Below, piece by piece: positions 59,280 through 64,000 of a stretch of 64,000 bases of DNA; position 1 is the stretch's first letter; every line of letters starts with the position of its first letter. The notes beneath the pieces were generated by a model that saw only the letters and a list, made by a program, of their open reading frames with translations, was not told the DNA's origin and made no database searches. Source of the stretch: Candidatus Nealsonbacteria bacterium DGGOD1a (GTDB lineage Bacteria; Patescibacteriota; Minisyncoccia; Minisyncoccales; UBA5738); assembly GCA_022530585.1 (NCBI GenBank), contig CP092821.1, positions 1,089,509-1,153,508 on the forward strand. The letters run 5' to 3'. Position numbers and translations under genes: made by a program.

Positions 59280-61526
59280 ATGCTCAATATGATTTTTACA
59301 AACGCAAACCAAAAAAAATTCGATCTAAAAAAACACGCCCTGATTTTTGGCGGAGCGGCGTTGTTCGCCATCTTTCTCTTTGGCGCGAAAACGGTTTTCG
59401 CGTTTGATGCCGATGGCGTAAAAGGCGCCGCGACCGCGGGGCTGGAAGATCTTTTATCATTTGTTTCCGGCACGATTATCTGGGTACTCGCCGCGCTGGC
59501 ATCGCTTTGGCTCACCACCACCGCTTTGCAATGGCTGATCAACAATCAAACTTCGCTGATAAATTTCAACAATGGTTTCATTTCCCACGGATTGGCGGTC
59601 ACGCAAGGACTGGCTGATTTGCTGTTATTGCTCGCGTTCGTGGTCGCGGCATTTTGCATAATTCTCAAATTATGGGATTTTGAAGCCAAGAAAATAATAC
59701 CGAAACTGATCTTCGCGGCAATCGCCACTCGTTTTGGCGTGCTTTTGGTCAAAATGATGGTGGATATCGGCAATGTCGCCATCAACACGATTATGGCCAA
59801 TAACGGCGATCTGCTGTCAAAAGCGACCTATGATTTGATGTCCGGCGCGATATTCTCAATCGCCACAACGCTTGCCGCCATGGCCGCGCTTATGGTGTCA
59901 TACGCGATTCCGGTGGTCAACCTTCTTTCCATCGGCGCGACAATCGGCAGCATCGCCACGGCGGCGGCCACCATATTGGGAATCAATACCGACCCGGCAT
60001 TGGGCGCGATTGGCAACGCGACTATTTATTTTGCCACCAATTTTGTGGCAAAAGGAATATTCCAGATTTTCGCGTGCACCATATTATCCGGCATATTTTT
60101 GAGCTATATCGTTTTGTTCGTATCGCGCATCTTTATGCTGCAAATCCTGGCCGTGATCTCGCCCCTGGCCATTATGGCTTATGGCTTGCCGCAAACTCGG
60201 CGTTATTTCGGCGATTGGTGGAAATCGCTGGTAAAGTGGACATTCGCCGGTGTTTGGGTCTTATTTTTCCTTGTATTGGGGCTGGGATCGGCGGATTTTA
60301 TTTTGTCAAAAAATTATGAAACGGACGCGGTCACGGATGTAAAAGCTCTCGAAGGAATTCATATGGACAATACTATGTTCTATTATTTGTTTTTAATCGT
60401 TTATCTGGCTTTGGTAAAAAGCATGGCCGGAAGCGACGCGGTAATGGCCGAAATGTTCCGCACGGCGATGGTGGGCGCCGGCGCCGTGGCATATTCGCAT
60501 GTGGTCAAACCGACATTAAGCGGCGCTCGGAAAGGCGCCATGCGCAGTTATGAAGACGCCGACAAGCGCATCGGCACGGATAAAGAACACTTCTATGACA
60601 AAACCGTTAAACACATTTCGGGCCTAACCGCCAATATCGCCAACGAAAAAACAATGTCAACCTGGCGCGGCGCGTTTTCCGGCGATCCGAACAAGGTCAG
60701 CGAAATTGGCGAGAAAGCCGGCAAGACATGGAATATCAGAAAATACAAAAAATTCTCGGATATTGGCTCTTTGATAAAAGAAGAAGTCAAGGAAGCGGGC
60801 AAGGACAAAACCATTGAAGACATTATGGCCAAAGGAGCGAACGCAAGTTCCGAAGAAGCGGTTTGGGCGATGCAAACCGCCAAATCCGAAGATTTGCCCG
60901 ATCTCATTTCCGGTTTCGGCAAAAATACCGGACGCGATCTTGATTACGCGGTTAAATATGGCTTGATAAAACCCGGAGTTATGGAAGCGGCCGCGCGATC
61001 GGGCGGGTTGGAATCATCGCAGCAGTTAAGAGATTATTACAAAAAACAAGATAAACAAGACTTACAATTAACCAAGGTTGAAAAATTTGCCAACGCAACA
61101 CCCAGCACGCTAAGCCCCCAAGCGCAAGCCGAGGAAAATGAAAAAATGCGCGCCAGAGTAATGAGCCTCAAAAGCGCAACCGTCCGAAGGGACACTTTCA
61201 AAAAACTTCCCGACAGCGTCTTTGCGGACAATAAGAACATACAAGCTATGCTGATCAGCGGCGGCACCGATATGATTGGCTATTCAAGAAGCATCAATAA
61301 AGAAACTTATAAAAAAATCGCCGCGGTCGCGAAAGACAACTTTAAAGGATTGGCAAAGGCCAACCCGGACCTTGTAAGAGCCATGGCCCAGGACCCCAAT
61401 GATATAAACGGTTACGGCGCTTTCATCCCCGACGACATCAAGCAACAGGCGGAAAACGACTACCAGCGCCGCGGCGATATCACTTACAACGAAGCGTTGA
61501 AAGAAATAGTCGAAGGGCTGACATAA
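59280..61526 (+). CDS. Polytopic membrane protein, VirB6/TrbL-like, with a about 300-aa hydrophilic C-terminal domain
   Basis: About 8 hydrophobic helices in the first 430 aa with a loop after helix 1. It lies immediately downstream of the pilin-like genes. The assignment rests on architecture and context only. Confidence 0.4.
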   Translation: MLNMIFTNANQKKFDLKKHALIFGGAALFAIFLFGAKTVFAFDADGVKGAATAGLEDLLSFVSGTIIWVLAALASLWLTTTALQWLINNQTSLINFNNGFISHGLAVTQGLADLLLLLAFVVAAFCIILKLWDFEAKKIIPKLIFAAIATRFGVLLVKMMVDIGNVAINTIMANNGDLLSKATYDLMSGAIFSIATTLAAMAALMVSYAIPVVNLLSIGATIGSIATAAATILGINTDPALGAIGNATIYFATNFVAKGIFQIFACTILSGIFLSYIVLFVSRIFMLQILAVISPLAIMAYGLPQTRRYFGDWWKSLVKWTFAGVWVLFFLVLGLGSADFILSKNYETDAVTDVKALEGIHMDNTMFYYLFLIVYLALVKSMAGSDAVMAEMFRTAMVGAGAVAYSHVVKPTLSGARKGAMRSYEDADKRIGTDKEHFYDKTVKHISGLTANIANEKTMSTWRGAFSGDPNKVSEIGEKAGKTWNIRKYKKFSDIGSLIKEEVKEAGKDKTIEDIMAKGANASSEEAVWAMQTAKSEDLPDLISGFGKNTGRDLDYAVKYGLIKPGVMEAAARSGGLESSQQLRDYYKKQDKQDLQLTKVEKFANATPSTLSPQAQAEENEKMRARVMSLKSATVRRDTFKKLPDSVFADNKNIQAMLISGGTDMIGYSRSINKETYKKIAAVAKDNFKGLAKANPDLVRAMAQDPNDINGYGAFIPDDIKQQAENDYQRRGDITYNEALKEIVEGLT

Positions 61527-61542
61527 AATCCAAACCACCGAC

Positions 61543-61575
61543 AAAAAATCGAGCCGCGGCCTGGCTCGATTTTTT
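61543..61575 (+). terminator. Rho-independent terminator closing the pilin-domain gene cluster
   Basis: AAAAAATCGAGCC-GCGGCCT-GGCTCGATTTTTT. Confidence 0.8.
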
Positions 61576-61641
61576 GTCAACAACCGCCTTCGCATAAAAA
61601 AAGAAGCCCAGCGATTCAGCGCTGAACTTATGTAGTAAACA

Positions 61642-63240
61642 TTATTTATTTTCACCTCCTTGATTTCTCCCGGATTTATGGAATTTTTTCCCACCATTGC
61701 TTGCCACTTTATGATCGTTGCTTTCCGGTTTTCCTTTTTTCAACTCTTCTTTAAATAGAAAAGCTGTAGTTAGTTTGTCTTCGTTGGTCGGTTCTTGACC
61801 ATTCTCATTGTCATTAAATAGCCCCGCAAGCACGGCAATGCGCGCCGCCTCGCCTCCTTTTTCGATCACTCCTATCTCATAGTCCATACCTTCGCTTATA
61901 TTTTTCATTACCACCCTTCTGCCTTGGGAACGAATAATGTCCGCACGTCTTTTAAGTTCTGCCTCCTTGATACCCGTTAAGAGCTGTTCGTAATCACCAA
62001 CCAAACCCTTCCTTTCGATTACGATATTAGTAATCTCCCGGCCGTATTTATTCATTATCTCTAAGCAGAGACCGGCCATTTTAGGTTTCCCTATCTGTGC
62101 AACTAATTTAGCTTCTGATCCTGCTCCTATTTTTGGCTCTGTTTCTATTTCTATTTCTGGCTTTGGCTCTAGCCGCCTACCCATATGCTCAAGAAACCGC
62201 TCTGCCAGATCTTTATTTTCTTCAGTGCCAACCATTACACCTTTAAGCGCCTCGACTGGAGGCGGCGTTGGGTTTTCTTTTTGTGACGCATCTAAATCTT
62301 GACCCTCATAGATCAGGATAGCATTCTCCTGCCACCAATCCATAAGAGCACCCCTGACGAGCCGAATCATTAGATCGTCGGAGTTAGGAATCGAAACCCA
62401 CGCCTTATCCAAGTGGCGAATCTTATAAATGATGGTCACCTGTACCCACCATGGGAATCCAGATTTATCCAGCATGGGCTCTTTTTCGGTGACATCGAAA
62501 GCAGTATCAACTTCCGTCACCCTGATATATCTCTCCCATTCCTGACGTTTCACCAATACGGTGCCCTTCCGCGTATACCAAACTATTTCGTGTTTTGGTG
62601 CCCGTGCCAAAAGCCACAAATTGCCCAAATAATAATGGGCGAAGTTATCAGCCAAGTAGTGGTTCAAATTGAAAGTCTTTGTTCGCGGTTCTTCATCTAT
62701 CTCAACGCCGGTCTTGGGTTCTGGCACTGGATCATCTTCGCCGGTTTCATGGTTATATATATAATCCATCTTAGTAACATAACCCGCGGCATCGACATAA
62801 TACTTATCCAAGTTAACGAATGAACCAACATATTTACCGGTGCTGGTCCAGACATTTTCCATATCTTTGACTTCCGTGCTTTTGCCATTTATTTCAACGA
62901 CTTTCACAAATGGCCCTCCGTCTAACGGATTTATTTTGGCGCGCGACACCTTTGTCGGAAGAAACGCCTGGATTATTGTTCCAGCGTAACCCGAAGGCGG
63001 GTTGCCGTAAAACACACCCCATTTGGGCCCAAACATAATTGCTGCGATTACCGTAGCTCCTGCGATAACTAAGCCTGCCCCCGCGAGAATTGGCAAAGAA
63101 GACCATCCTAACGAAGGTATAAGGCTCCGGCCAGCGTCAATAAGATCGCCAGCCCCATTCCCTAAATTTAATCCATTCCCGCTTGCATTTCGCGCTGCAC
63201 TATTCAACCAGCTATTGTAAATCGTTTCTGACGATGTCAT
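61642..63240 (-). CDS. Membrane-anchored protein with a tentative SPFH/band-7-like core
   Basis: Gly-rich N-terminus and TM helix LPILAGAGLVIAGATVIAAIMF. The segments VQVTIIYKIRHLDKAWVSIPNSDDLMIRLVRGALMDWW and ..EAELKRRADIIRSQGRR.. resemble the SPFH core and tail. Low certainty. Confidence 0.35.
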   Translation of the reverse strand: MTSSETIYNSWLNSAARNASGNGLNLGNGAGDLIDAGRSLIPSLGWSSLPILAGAGLVIAGATVIAAIMFGPKWGVFYGNPPSGYAGTIIQAFLPTKVSRAKINPLDGGPFVKVVEINGKSTEVKDMENVWTSTGKYVGSFVNLDKYYVDAAGYVTKMDYIYNHETGEDDPVPEPKTGVEIDEEPRTKTFNLNHYLADNFAHYYLGNLWLLARAPKHEIVWYTRKGTVLVKRQEWERYIRVTEVDTAFDVTEKEPMLDKSGFPWWVQVTIIYKIRHLDKAWVSIPNSDDLMIRLVRGALMDWWQENAILIYEGQDLDASQKENPTPPPVEALKGVMVGTEENKDLAERFLEHMGRRLEPKPEIEIETEPKIGAGSEAKLVAQIGKPKMAGLCLEIMNKYGREITNIVIERKGLVGDYEQLLTGIKEAELKRRADIIRSQGRRVVMKNISEGMDYEIGVIEKGGEAARIAVLAGLFNDNENGQEPTNEDKLTTAFLFKEELKKGKPESNDHKVASNGGKKFHKSGRNQGGENK

Positions 63241-63423
63241 CTCAAATCATCTCCATATCTTTTTTTGTCCATCATTCGATTCACCCTCGTTTCGAGAGGG
63301 GATATGAAACTTTAAATACCCGTAATTTTAGGGTAAATACTGGCATTATTATGACAGAAAATTTATAAATGTCAAGGTTTGAAAGACAAAATAAAATGGC
63401 GCGATTATCCATAAAAAATTGGA

Positions 63424-63870
63424 TCATTCGCGCCCTTCGTACCACCATGCAAATAATGCAATCCCTGCCAATGCTACATACGGAGCGTATTGGAGAACCG
63501 GCCAGCCAACTTCTACAGCAGAAAATGTACCGCTGAACAAATAAGGCAAGAAGTCCGTTGTGCTTAAATACTTGCGGTTGTACAAGTAATTAGCTTCTAT
63601 GGCGGTGACAACTGCCACACCGCCAAGTGGAATTATTGCCAACCATGCAAGCCTGCTGGTTTTCTTAGAAAGAAATAATCCTAAAACCAGCAAAACCAAC
63701 GCGATAGCCGCACCCCAGATAAGCGACAGCCCTATCGTTTTAAAGTAAAACGCGTTGCCGTCAACCCTGAAAATCAAAGGGAACAATGCGAAACGACACA
63801 CCATTCCACACAAAAAGATTACACACTCCACTATGATTAAGTCTTTTAACAATTTAGCTCCTTTAATCAT
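63424..63870 (-). CDS. Hypothetical four-helix membrane protein
   Basis: 148 aa with four hydrophobic segments. No family recognised. Confidence 0.45.
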   Translation of the reverse strand: MIKGAKLLKDLIIVECVIFLCGMVCRFALFPLIFRVDGNAFYFKTIGLSLIWGAAIALVLLVLGLFLSKKTSRLAWLAIIPLGGVAVVTAIEANYLYNRKYLSTTDFLPYLFSGTFSAVEVGWPVLQYAPYVALAGIALFAWWYEGRE

Positions 63871-64000
63871 TAAAGTCCTCCTTTTTTTCTGTTTGCTATT
63901 ATAACAGAAAAAATCATTTTGTCAATACTTTGCCCGACTGGGGCAAGTGGTATACTTAAATATTATTTAACTTTAAAATTATGATCCAACTCGATGAAGC

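Overview
No tools were run. All calls come from reading the sequence and the ORF track, and family names are motif recognition from memory, not search results. The window looks like a streamlined Patescibacteria/CPR-type (Parcubacteria-like) chromosome segment using the standard bacterial code, since conserved genes such as recG end at TGA. Core information-processing genes are scattered along it: argS, smpB plus a tmRNA, infC-rpmI-rplT, a short alaS, recG, cca, rpsO, pnp, a comM/yifB-like ATPase, rsmA, and four tRNAs (Glu-UUC, Pro-CGG, Arg-UCG, Lys-CUU). None of these RNAs encodes its 3' CCA. Between about 9.3 and 37.9 kb the content is accessory and partly decayed. It holds an IS630-family element with TA duplication and an A8 slippery run, and a 272-bp TIR element inserted exactly in the GxSxG elbow of an alpha/beta hydrolase gene. 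It also holds a frameshifted methyltransferase, gene remnants, AbiEii-like and HigBA-like toxin modules, a Fic protein and two orphan AAA+ ATPases. A 2.6-kb two-gene block there is bracketed by 67-bp direct repeats copied from the 3' end of a glycosyltransferase gene. The most interesting locus is 52.4-61.5 kb, a tight co-directional cluster. It encodes two giant, collinear, Cys-rich secreted paralogs (925 and 791 aa) that each end in a VirB2/TrbC-type pilin-like helical hairpin. A membrane-anchored protein follows them, then a pilin-like protein with a Cys-rich tail and a VirB6/TrbL-like polytopic protein. A stand-alone pilin-like gene sits between two tRNAs at 41.2 kb. Intergenic DNA is unusually rich in long palindromic or word-like elements, including one dispersed 117-139-bp repeat placed in the same orientation just upstream of two unrelated genes. 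No rRNA, CRISPR array, reverse transcriptase or cas gene was seen.
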